Below, piece after piece: positions 37,059-45,967 of a stretch of 64,000 bases of DNA. Source of the stretch: Chloroflexus aggregans DSM 9485 (GTDB lineage: Bacteria > Chloroflexota > Chloroflexia > Chloroflexales > Chloroflexaceae); assembly GCF_000021945.1 (NCBI RefSeq), contig NC_011831.1, positions 1,313,353-1,377,352 of the forward strand. The letters run 5' to 3'. Below the pieces are notes generated by a model, which was given only the letters and a program-made list of their open reading frames with translations, made no database searches and had not been told where the DNA came from. Every line of letters begins with the position of its first letter. Within the stretch, counting starts at the first letter, position 1. Both the position numbers and the translations under genes were made by a program.

Positions 37059-37757
37059 TCTACGGTATACAAAGAACCATCCAACAAGCACATGCACCTG
37101 ACGCGTCTGGTGCTGCCGTCATTGACGGTGAAACGGGCATTGCGACTAGATTTTTGGCGAAAGTGTTTACCACGCACCCGCTACGCGGGTGATGCTCAGG
37201 TCATTGGGTTGCGGAAATAAGTTCTCTGCGCGATAACAAAAAGACACATTGCTCACTAAAACTAGAATGGAGGTAAAGAATGGGTGGCCTTGCGCAATTT
37301 CTCTCTGGAGTGAATTTTCGTGTCACTATACAGAAGTACTGTAAAAAGGATGGAGAATCAATGACATTACAGGCATCGTTGCCTTGCCGCAGGTCACCTG
37401 TCTTGTCGTGGTTCGTCTGGCGAGGTGCGCAGCGACTGAAGTCGACCGGGCTGGCAGGGCATGAGGCTTCTGTCGGCGGTGGGGTTGTGCCCGCGATGTC
37501 CTTGCCTGGGGTGGTGTGAGAAGGTCATGGGTGTCTGGGATGTTGCTGCCGTTGTGCTATAATTCTCAGGCGTGATCGTTATGTCACTTTGCTAATAGGA
37601 ACAGGCAGGGCTTGCGGTCGGTGGGGGCTTGCTTCCGTTCTGGGGGTTGCGGCTAACACGCGCATGCAGGCGACTACTCCGCTTTGCTCGGTCGCAGCGG
37701 CTGAAGCGCAGGCCGTTAGCCAGCGCAACGTGGTTCAAGTCAGAAAGGTGAACAAAA

Positions 37758-37982
37758 ATGCTCCAAGTAAATTTAGAAGAAGCGAAAGGTCGTTTGCCCG
37801 AATTGGTTAATGCCGTGCTAAAGGGTGAAACGGTGTTGATTGTTACAGACCTTCAGGCAATCGTCCAACTGGTGCCCGTGATCTCTTCCATGCGCCGCCA
37901 GTTTGGGAGTGCGAAAGGATTGATTGTCATGGCGGATACTTTCGATGCACCACTCCCAGACTTTAACCCGTATATGCCATGA
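37758..37982 (+). CDS. vapB: Type II antitoxin, Phd/YefM-like (VapB-type partner)
   Basis: MLQVNLEEAKGRLPELVNAVLKGETVLI is a classic antitoxin N-terminus. It overlaps the downstream PIN gene start (ATGA). Confidence 0.6.
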   Translation: MLQVNLEEAKGRLPELVNAVLKGETVLIVTDLQAIVQLVPVISSMRRQFGSAKGLIVMADTFDAPLPDFNPYMP

Positions 37983-38364
37983 AACTACCCCTTGATACAC
38001 ACGCTTTCCTGTGGTTCATCGGCGGTGATGAGCGCCTCAGTCCCAGTGCACGGGCGTTGATTGAAGACATGAGCAATGATGCTTATCTTAGCATTGCCAG
38101 TCTATGGGAGATGGCGATCAAGATCAGTCTTGACCGACTGCAATTGGCACAGCCTTTTGAGATTTTCATCCCACACCAATTAAGCCTGAATAGGATCGGG
38201 TTACCTGTATCACGATGAGCCATACCGCTAAGGTAGCTACCCTGCCCTTTCACCATCGTGACCCTTTTGACCGCTTGCTGGTGGCACAGGCCCAGGTTGA
38301 GCAAATGCCCCTTGTGAGCAGCGATGCAGTATTTGACGCATATGGCCTTATGCGTTTGTGGTGA
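37979..38364 (+). pseudogene. vapC: VapC PIN-domain toxin, frameshifted at about 38215
   Basis: The N-terminal 79 aa (LDTHAFLWFIGGDERLS...SLWEMAIKIS) end at TGA. The PIN C-terminus (LPFHHRDPFDRLLVAQAQVEQMPLVSSDAVFDAYG) continues in the -1 frame. Confidence 0.6.
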
Positions 38365-38425
38365 GTGAAAGAAAAGACAAGATGCGCTGGCTACCGATGC
38401 GTTGCACGTGTCAAGTCCCTGCACC

Positions 38426-38956
38426 TTAAGAAAGGACAATAACTGGTTGCAGAGTTGCGGAAGGCTGGCTCTGAAGTGATCCGTGTGAAAGGCAGCTATC
38501 ACTTTTTGCGACATCTCGACGGACAGCGCACTGTTGGTCCCGTTCATCGTGGAGAGACCATTGGCTCAGGGTTGATGTCGAAGATTCTGCGTGACTGCGA
38601 GATGAGCCGTGATGAGTTGGAAAAACTCCTGTAATCGCGTCATCGGTTGCAGTGGAAAGATCGAGCGGCGGTTGCCCGGGACGGCGCAGCACGGCGCGCG
38701 GCGTCTTTCCCTGACGCCGCATCGTCGCGCACCAGGCGTTCAGTTTCTCGGCAATCTTCTCGGCGAGCGCGATGGCAGCGGTCACGCCGGTCGCTACCCT
38801 GCCGATCTCGTCGATCACAACCACGACCGTCTGCCAGTCGATGTCTCTGGTGGGTTCGCGCTGAACTTCAGCGCCCGCAGCGCGGAGAAGCGCCGGTAAG
38901 GACTCACGCTCATCGTTTGGAAAGTCGAGCGTGAAACTGAGATCATGCTTCGTCAT
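38426..38956 (-). CDS. Hypothetical protein (possible mobile-element fragment), antisense or convergent to the hicA remnant
   Basis: The ORF starts at MTKHDLSFTLDF.... Its C-terminal half is low-complexity and reads through the hicA remnant, so it may be spurious or decayed. Confidence 0.15.
   Translation of the reverse strand: MTKHDLSFTLDFPNDERESLPALLRAAGAEVQREPTRDIDWQTVVVVIDEIGRVATGVTAAIALAEKIAEKLNAWCATMRRQGKTPRAVLRRPGQPPLDLSTATDDAITGVFPTHHGSSRSHAESSTSTLSQWSLHDERDQQCAVRRDVAKSDSCLSHGSLQSQPSATLQPVIVLS
38443..38634 (+). pseudogene. hicA: HicA-family toxin remnant (no start codon; preceded by in-frame TAA)
   Basis: LVAELRKAGSEVIRVKGSYHFLRHLDGQRTVGPVHRGETIGSGLMSKILRD matches the HicA fold motif (GSHH..). 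The N-terminus is truncated. Confidence 0.4.
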
Positions 38957-38974
38957 TGATGGACTCCTGCACTC

Positions 38975-39110
38975 AAATGGAAGACAAGCGTAGCATATGA
39001 CGCAGAAGTCGGCAAGGCTCAAGCGCTGTAATCAGCTCTTTGGCAGTTCAACCGTAAGACAAGTGTAGCATATGACACAGAAGTCGGCAAGGCTCAAGCG
39101 CTGATGAGCG
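38975..39110. repeat. Two direct repeats of about 50 bp (agacaagYgtagcatatgacRcagaagtcggcaaggctcaagcgctg) plus a partial third
   Basis: Read directly from the sequence; about 92% identical copies, 70 bp apart. Confidence 0.6.
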
Positions 39111-39164
39111 GAGCACATGACGCAGGAGTCGGCAAGTGTCACTGACCGTCACGTGCGTTGACCG

Positions 39165-39430
39165 AGCAGACCGCCCCCCCTGCGCGCACCCACCGAGGGG
39201 ACGGACGGTGAGATAACGTATCGGGCGCGCATCCTCGTATGGCGCACCCCGGCACATCCACCAGGGGACGGATCCGCGCGCGTGATGCCGGCCTGCCCCC
39301 AAACCTGGCGTCAGCCCTCCGGTCCTCCGCACGCGGAGGGTTCCAGGCGGATTGCCCCCGCGCGCACCCCTGGCACACCCACCGGGGACGGACCCGCGTG
39401 CGTGGCGCCGGTCGTCCTGCTCCTGCGTGC
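39165..39430. repeat. Three degenerate GC-rich repeats of about 90 bp (gcgcgcaccc..ggggacggaYSSg core)
   Basis: Recurrent motif read from the sequence. No coding frame is conserved across the copies. Confidence 0.4.
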
Positions 39431-40369
39431 CGGTTTGGGAATCACCGGGGATCACGTGGGATTACAGGGGTGCCCGTTGGTAAACTCTCCTACACAAATA
39501 GCCCAATGGTTAGCAGAAATCAGGGGACAATGTTGGATAGAATCTGGTATTCGTGTTGCATCCGTGCATTATCAGTGGGATGAACAGATTAACAAAATAT
39601 TTGCTATTACAAATAATTTTAGAAAGCCGTTACCTGATAGAGTATCTGCTATTTTAGCATTTTGGGCTTCTGAAAAAGCGGGCTAACACCGTTTGCAGCG
39701 GGCAGCGGCTCCGCCGCTGCGGGGCACGCGCCGCGAGCCGGCAAGGTAGTTTTTAGACGAAGGAGTCTTGGCCGTCACGCCGCTGCCGCTGAAGCGAACC
39801 GTTGGGTGGCGGGGTGTTGCAACTAGTCTTGGAGAACGTAAACGTAGAGAGAAGCCCACGCGGGGAACGCATCGAGGTACACAGGGGCATGGATGGAAGA
39901 ACCGGCCGTTGTTCGGCATTGACGGCGGCAGTGATGGTAACGTGCTGGTGCAGGTCAATCCCGATAAGCGGGGAGTGGATGTGTCCATCGCGACTTCCCG
40001 GTGGTACAATGGATAAGGTGCGGCTTTGGGCTGGAGGTTTAACGACCGATGCGGGCTTGGTAGGCAGGTCGTTGACCTGTCCCTACGCTCCTAAATACGC
40101 GCATCCAACGGGGAACCGTAAGAGCGAATCGGTGCTTCGCCCCAACACGGGATTGCCCTGCGTATGGTTGAAGGGCGCCCAGAGGCTACGGCAGCTTGCC
40201 CACACACTCCGTACCCTGGTGCGTTCCCGTCACTCATCACGACTAAGGATACCCTTTTTCGCGCCCAACCGCAACTATATTCTTATAACACGCGCTTCTA
40301 GCCGACAGGCTTCGTCCAGCATCCGGCTGAAGCGCTGGCCGTTAGGACGTCAGATAGGAAAGGATTGAC

Positions 40370-41253
40370 ATGAGTCATAGCGGACAGCCATTGGCAGAGG
40401 TCTTCGGTCACCTGGTCACCGATCAAACAGATACGGCGAAACGGTATCGTTCTCTTCGTCTCTGTCCCTTCAACAACAAGGTGCCGAATTGCACAAAGGA
40501 CAAAGCAAAGAATCCCCTTGGCGTGTGCAGCATCTATCATGAGAACGCGCCTGTCATTACGCGCCTGTCATTACGTGCCCCATCCGATTTCGTCAGGACT
40601 GGATCATTGCTGACCATGCCGCAGCTTTCTTTTTTGAGGAAGGAACACGGTGGACCTCTCTGACTGAAGTGCGTTTACATGATGCTTATGGCAAGTCTGC
40701 TGGAAACATTGATGTGGTTCTCGTTGCCTATGATGATAAAGGGCGGGTTATTGATTTTGGTGCTCTTGAGATCCAGGCTGTTTATATCTCCGGCAACGTC
40801 CGTGAACCATTCGAGTATTACATGGGCGATCCGCAAAACAGGGCTTCCATGGATTGGTCCGCTGAGCCGAATTACCCTCGTCCTGATTATCTCTCATCTT
40901 CTCGTAAAAGGCTCGTTCCACAACTCGTTTATAAGGGCGGAATCTTGCATAGCTGGAAAAAGAAGATTGCTGTGGCACTGAACAAGAGCTTCTTTGCTAC
41001 GCTACCCACTCTCGAACAAGTCTCAAAGAATGAGGCAGATATTGCCTGGCTCATCTACGATTTGGAGCTGCGTGAAGGGCGATACTATCTGACGAAGGTG
41101 GACGAGGTTTTTACTGAATTTGAACCCGCGCTGCTTTCTATTACAACACCATTGCCTGGAAGAGTGGAGGATTTCATCAAACTGCTTCAGGAAAAGCTCG
41201 ACGAGCAATTGGAAACTCCTCCGACAAACCAAACCATCGAGAGGCCGTTTTGA
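40370..41253 (+). pseudogene. Type II restriction endonuclease with an N-terminal Cys4 metal-binding motif (NotI-like architecture), disrupted by a 14-bp tandem duplication
   Basis: A Cys4 cluster (CPFNNKVPNC...GVCS...ITCP once repaired). gcgcctgtcattac is duplicated at about 40547-40574, shifting the frame; removing one copy yields a continuous 291-aa ORF (...ITCPIRFRQDWIIADHAAAFFFEEGTRWTSLTEVRLHDAYGK...). A PD-(D/E)xK-like IDVVLV...ALEIQAVY segment lies downstream. Confidence 0.4.
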
Positions 41254-42254
41254 CTATGTCGACACAGAGACAGCTCCCGTTATTTTCTGAGGAAATGGCT
41301 TTGCCACGCCCGGTGAATGTCGCGTCAGTTCCGCAGCGAAGTCCTTTCCGCTACCCTGGCGGAAAGACATGGTTTGTGCCCACATTCCGACGCTGGGTAG
41401 CTAGTCTGAAACGCAAGCCCCTCATACTCGTTGAACCGTTCGCCGGTGGGGGGATCATCAGCCTTACCGCCCTCTTTGAAAACTTGGTCGAAAAGGCGGT
41501 CATGGTCGAATTGGATGATGAAGTGGCAGCCGTGTGGGAAACCATCGTAAACGGTGATGCGGTGTGGCTTGCCAATCAAATCTTGACCTTCACAATGACG
41601 AGAGAAGCCGTTGAAGCGGAGCTTCAGAAAACTCCCACGACCATACGGGAAAAAGCGTTTCAGACCATTCTGAAAAACCGAACGCTTCATGGGGGAATAC
41701 TCGCTGAAGGCTCTCGCTTCATCAGATACGGAGAAAACGGAAAAGGAATCGGTTCTCGATGGTATCCGAAGACACTTGCTCAGCGACTCATCAATCTGAA
41801 TACTGTTGCACATCGGATTGATTTCCGGTGCGATGATGGCTTGAATGTGATGATGGAGTTTGCCCACCGTGAGGATGTTATCTATTTTATTGATCCTCCC
41901 TATACCGTCGGTGGCAAAAAGGCGGGCAAACGGCTGTATAAACATCATCAGCTTGATCACGAACATCTCTTTACAATTTGTGAGTCGCTCGTGGGCAATT
42001 TTCTTATGACATATGATGAAGCAGATGAAGTGAAGGAAATGGCTCGAAAGCACAGGTTTCAGATGCGTTTGATTCCGATGAAAAATACGCATCACGCCAC
42101 AATGAGAGAATTAGTCATTGGAAGAGATGTATCGTGGTTGGACGAGTTGCCTGCCATTCACGAAGCAAGAGTCGAATATCGTGGTACGACATCCGAGCAA
42201 GAAACGTCCTCCCCACGCACTCCGGCCGACCGTCCCTCATGTGCGCAATCGTAG
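41250..42254 (+). CDS. DNA adenine methyltransferase, Dam-like (D12 class)
   Basis: N-terminal FRYPGGKTW (motif I/X of the Dam family) and YFIDPPYT (motif IV, DPPY). Its start overlaps the endonuclease stop (ATGA). Confidence 0.65.
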   Translation: MTMSTQRQLPLFSEEMALPRPVNVASVPQRSPFRYPGGKTWFVPTFRRWVASLKRKPLILVEPFAGGGIISLTALFENLVEKAVMVELDDEVAAVWETIVNGDAVWLANQILTFTMTREAVEAELQKTPTTIREKAFQTILKNRTLHGGILAEGSRFIRYGENGKGIGSRWYPKTLAQRLINLNTVAHRIDFRCDDGLNVMMEFAHREDVIYFIDPPYTVGGKKAGKRLYKHHQLDHEHLFTICESLVGNFLMTYDEADEVKEMARKHRFQMRLIPMKNTHHATMRELVIGRDVSWLDELPAIHEARVEYRGTTSEQETSSPRTPADRPSCAQS

Positions 42255-43106
42255 CGGCCAGGTGCCGTGCGTCAGCACGTCCCCGTGAACGTGATGAAGG
42301 CGGGAGGGATGGATGCGCAGAAGAGAACACCTAGAAACTTCTTGACGTGGTGTATGAAGTGAACTATATGTATCACGATAATACACTGTGTAATATACAC
42401 AACTGAGATTATAGTATCTTTTGCTAGTTTAATCCCTATTTATTAAGAAGATAAGAGAAGTTCTTTTTGACTTGTGACAACACCAAAGACGCACCACTCC
42501 CACATGTCAGCGTTGTCGAGCAGTCACACCCGTGGAAGTTGATGCACTCGTTCGCCCCGGTGACCGGATTCGTGCGCTTGTATCGCTGTTTGCTTTGGAG
42601 GTGGCATCGTCTCCCTTCTCGTCGTCGTTGCCGGTCGGGGTGACGAGAATGCTCGTGTACCATATGTCCGTCTTGTGGTGCGCGTCATCGGTGGGCGTTC
42701 GACGATTGATCACGCAGTGTTATGAAACAAGAACACCAAACGCGATAGAACCAGACCACAGATCGGCAGAAAACGACAGCGAGTGATACGTCTTATCGCA
42801 AAATCTTAGAAGCAGAAGCAACGGTCTTTGTGCAGTGGGAGCGGCAGCAAAGACCTTCCACATTTTTGGAACGATAGTGTGTGATCCGGTGATGACCATC
42901 TGTTGCACGTTGCACCATCTTTACGTTCGTGCTCAGGCCATAACCTCCAAGAGTAGGTTGTAGGATGTTCTTTAGGTTCCAGTTGGGCCAATGCCGATAC
43001 CTTTGAACGCAGTGCGCAACGACGTGAAGGTGGTCTGCTTGTGTGAGACGGCAGCGAGCCACTACCGGATTACGGATTGAGGATGGCAATCGTTGCGCAA
43101 TCCCTG

Positions 43107-43270
43107 GTGGATCAGCATCGGTTTGACGGTCTGGTTTTTTGTGCGTGCATCCTGATCGCCATCGGTACGGTCGGATACTGAGTGGGTAGCGGTGCGCTCC
43201 CGCTGCCGACGGCGCCGTAACACATACCCGGCGGATCGCCCGGACGTGATCGGAGGTCACGCTACCGGTA
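43107..43270. repeat. Right copy of the 164-bp direct repeat; overlaps the 3' end (last 4 codons plus stop) of the histidine-kinase gene
   Basis: See 29912..30075. Confidence 0.7.
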
Positions 43271-44549
43271 AGGTAAACCAGAACGTCGAACCACGCCCTT
43301 CTTGGCTACTGGCCCAAATCCGGCCACCGTGCCCTTCGACCAGATGTTTGGCAATCGCCAAGCCCAAGCCGGTGCCGCCGGTATGGCGGGTACGCGCCCG
43401 GTCAACTTTGTAGAAGCGCTCGAAGATACGCCGAATATCGCGACTAGAAATGCCGATCCCGGTATCGCGCACACTGATCAAGATCCACGTACCTGCCGGA
43501 TGCGGCGGTCGATCTGTCCGCGAGGGAGGATCATCGACGGCAATATGCAATACTTGGGCGGCAACGGTGATTGTGCCACCTTCGGGGGTAAACTTAACCG
43601 CGTTGTGTAACAAATTGAGCAACACCTGCCCAATCCGATCACCGTCCATTAGCGCGGGCGGTAGATCGGACACCGGTTCGGTACAGATAGTGTGGTGTTT
43701 GCGTTCGGCTTGGGGACGGATACGCTCGATCGCCCGCTCTATCACCGGCCAGACGGCGAGCGGCTCCAGCTTCAACGAGACCCGACCCGACTCGAGACGT
43801 GATAACTCGTGCAGTTCATCAACGAGTTGGGTGACGGCATCGATCTCTTGTGCCATCTGTTCGAGCATCCGAGCAGCGATATCGGGTGGTGGGGCCGATT
43901 GCAACGTCTCAACCAACAATTTGAGCGAAGCTAACGGCGTGCGCAATTCGTGCGACACATTAGCAACCAGATCACGCCGCGCGCGCTCTAACATACTGAT
44001 TTGGGTTAAATCACGGATTGTGATCAGCGCACCGACAATATCCCGCGAAGCGGTGTATAACGGGACAAACTGCAAGTGGAGTGTGCGCCCGGTTGCCAGT
44101 GGACGGATCGTTAATTCACGTTGCTCACCATCGGTCATCGCATCGTGCGCCAATCGGTCAGCTTGATGATCGCGCACCAACGTGATCAACCCACTCCCAC
44201 GCATATCAGGCTGACCGGCCAACAAATGAATTGCTGTGTCGTTATGAAAGACGATTTGACATGCGCGATTGACGACGATGACACCGGTATCGATGGTTTG
44301 CACAAGGGCGACAAAGAGGGGCTGACAGTTGGGGAGGCCAAGCTGGAGCGATGGATCGTCCGGTGGAAGTGATGATGAGAGGGTAAGCGTCATTACCTCA
44401 TCCTGTTCCGCAACAGATGGTGCAGCAGTAGACTCTTGGTCACGGGCAACACGTAAGCGTTCAAGCTGACGCCCCCGGCGCACGGTGAAGATCAGGCTCA
44501 CCGTTAACACAACCGTCGCCACCGTCAGCGTCAATTCCAACAGGGTCAT
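43257..44549 (-). CDS. Two-component sensor histidine kinase (PhoR/BaeS-like)
   Basis: N-terminal TM, PAS-like region, H-box SHELRTPLASL, N-box LLNLLHNAVKFT, and G-boxes DTGIGIS and GGTGLGLAI. Confidence 0.85.
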   Translation of the reverse strand: MTLLELTLTVATVVLTVSLIFTVRRGRQLERLRVARDQESTAAPSVAEQDEVMTLTLSSSLPPDDPSLQLGLPNCQPLFVALVQTIDTGVIVVNRACQIVFHNDTAIHLLAGQPDMRGSGLITLVRDHQADRLAHDAMTDGEQRELTIRPLATGRTLHLQFVPLYTASRDIVGALITIRDLTQISMLERARRDLVANVSHELRTPLASLKLLVETLQSAPPPDIAARMLEQMAQEIDAVTQLVDELHELSRLESGRVSLKLEPLAVWPVIERAIERIRPQAERKHHTICTEPVSDLPPALMDGDRIGQVLLNLLHNAVKFTPEGGTITVAAQVLHIAVDDPPSRTDRPPHPAGTWILISVRDTGIGISSRDIRRIFERFYKVDRARTRHTGGTGLGLAIAKHLVEGHGGRIWASSQEGRGSTFWFTLPVA

Positions 44550-45256
44550 TGGCTTATTGTTGTCCCGTCAACCGGAGGTTCAAATCGGTACCCAACACCA
44601 CGCACCGTCTGGATATACGTTGGCTTACTGGGATCAGGTTCAATCTTCTCACGCAACCAGCGAATATGGACATCGACGGTGCGGCTATCACCGATAAAAT
44701 CCTGCCCCCATACTCGTTCGAGCAACAGATCGCGGGTCAGAGCGATGCCACGGTTGCGCATAAGACACGTCAGGAGGTCGAACTCCTTTTGCGGCAGGTT
44801 TAGTTCTTGACCATCACGCCATGCACGACGGCTACTGGCATCAACCCGGATCGAACCTGCCTCGAGGACTTCACGCACAATCGAATGCGGCTGCCGTTCA
44901 CTACGGCGCAAAATAGCCCGCACGCGCGCAAGAAACTCACCGAGGCTAAACGGTTTGCTGATGTAGTCATCGGCGCCGAGTTCGAGACCGGCAATCCGAT
45001 CAACTTCATCTTGGCGGGCGGTAAGCATGATTATCGGTACGTCACTCTCTTGGCGTAGAATCCGACAGACCGAAAATCCATCAAGGCGGGGTAGCATAAT
45101 ATCGAGCACCACGAGATCGGGCTGATCACGGCGGGCACGATCAAGCCCTTGTACGCCATCGCCGGCGATAATGACCGCATACCCTTCTCGTTCAAGATTG
45201 TAGCGTAGTGTTTCGGCCAGTGTCGTCTCGTCTTCGACAATCAAAACCGTCGCCAT
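44546..45256 (-). CDS. OmpR/PhoB-family response regulator
   Basis: Receiver domain LIVEDE...VLDIMLP plus a winged-helix C-terminus (IQTVRGVGYRF). Start chosen at MATVLIVEDE; the longer ORF-track version overlaps the tRNA. Confidence 0.85.
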   Translation of the reverse strand: MATVLIVEDETTLAETLRYNLEREGYAVIIAGDGVQGLDRARRDQPDLVVLDIMLPRLDGFSVCRILRQESDVPIIMLTARQDEVDRIAGLELGADDYISKPFSLGEFLARVRAILRRSERQPHSIVREVLEAGSIRVDASSRRAWRDGQELNLPQKEFDLLTCLMRNRGIALTRDLLLERVWGQDFIGDSRTVDVHIRWLREKIEPDPSKPTYIQTVRGVGYRFEPPVDGTTISQ

Positions 45257-45317
45257 ATCCACTCCACACATGAAGACCGCCGGTACGTAGCCGGCGGTCA
45301 CTGCCTCTCGGCGACAA

Positions 45318-45394
45318 TGGTCGGGGCGGAGGGATTTGAACCCACGACCCCCGCGTCCCAAACGCGGTGCTCTACCAGGCTGAGCCACGCCCCG
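45318..45394 (-). tRNA. tRNA-Pro (anticodon TGG)
   Basis: The reverse complement folds as a canonical cloverleaf: acceptor CGGGGCG/CGCCCCG, anticodon loop tTTGGGa, T-arm GGGTTCAAATCCC, and an encoded CCA. Confidence 0.8.
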
Positions 45395-45429
45395 ACGCCA
45401 TTAAGGTTAGCAGCAACTGGGCCATTTTG

Positions 45430-45942
45430 TCAAGCGCCATCTGTCACTTCAGGCGGAATTACAGGTGGCCCAGAGCGAGGCTGCAATTGAAGCCGGGCGC
45501 GCACGCGAGCCAGTTCTCCCACTGCCAGCCGCACCTCATTCAGCCATTCACGATGTTCGTAAGCAAAGGCGCGGGCAATGTAGGCCAACGCACTACTACG
45601 TGTATCGGCAACGCCAACCGCGACCAACAGATCAAGCAATTCACGTTCAGCGCGGCCCAACCGGGTCATCACCGGCACCGTGCGCGTCGTAAAGAGTACC
45701 TCGTGATCGGCGCTCCGCATCCCCCATGCGACCGGCACGCCGAGGTGGCGCTCGATCTCACGAGCTACCCGCATCCGGTCACGCCGTGTCTGTTCGCGCA
45801 AGAGCGGAATATCATCAAGCGGGCGGGCAATCGGTAAAATGATCACAATCTCGTCACTGTAACGCCGAATCTCGGCAGGACCGGCCCGCACCTCTGCCGG
45901 TAATCGTTGGGCGATTAAACGCTGAATCTCTTCATCATGCAT
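45430..45942 (-). CDS. Hypothetical protein
   Basis: ORF with plausible codon usage; no motif recognised. Confidence 0.35.
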   Translation of the reverse strand: MHDEEIQRLIAQRLPAEVRAGPAEIRRYSDEIVIILPIARPLDDIPLLREQTRRDRMRVAREIERHLGVPVAWGMRSADHEVLFTTRTVPVMTRLGRAERELLDLLVAVGVADTRSSALAYIARAFAYEHREWLNEVRLAVGELARVRARLQLQPRSGPPVIPPEVTDGA

Positions 45943-45967
45943 GACATTTTCCTACGACCAGAGCACC

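Noticed and set aside
39990-40260. Possible structured RNA (group II intron domain V-like or riboswitch) in GC-rich non-coding DNA before the REase gene
   Set aside because: I could not fold a convincing conserved structure by eye. There are no intron-encoded RT or thiamine-box features. It remains untested.
40370-40663. Calling the endonuclease specifically R.NotI (GCGGCCGC)
   Set aside because: The Cys4 N-terminus resembles the NotI architecture, but the partner methyltransferase is a DPPY (N6-adenine-type) enzyme, which is incompatible with a GC-only site. Only the family-level call is kept.
44546-45388. Long version of the response-regulator ORF starting MAQPGRAPRL
   Set aside because: It would overlap tRNA-Pro on the same strand. 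The receiver domain begins at MATVLIVEDE (about 45256).
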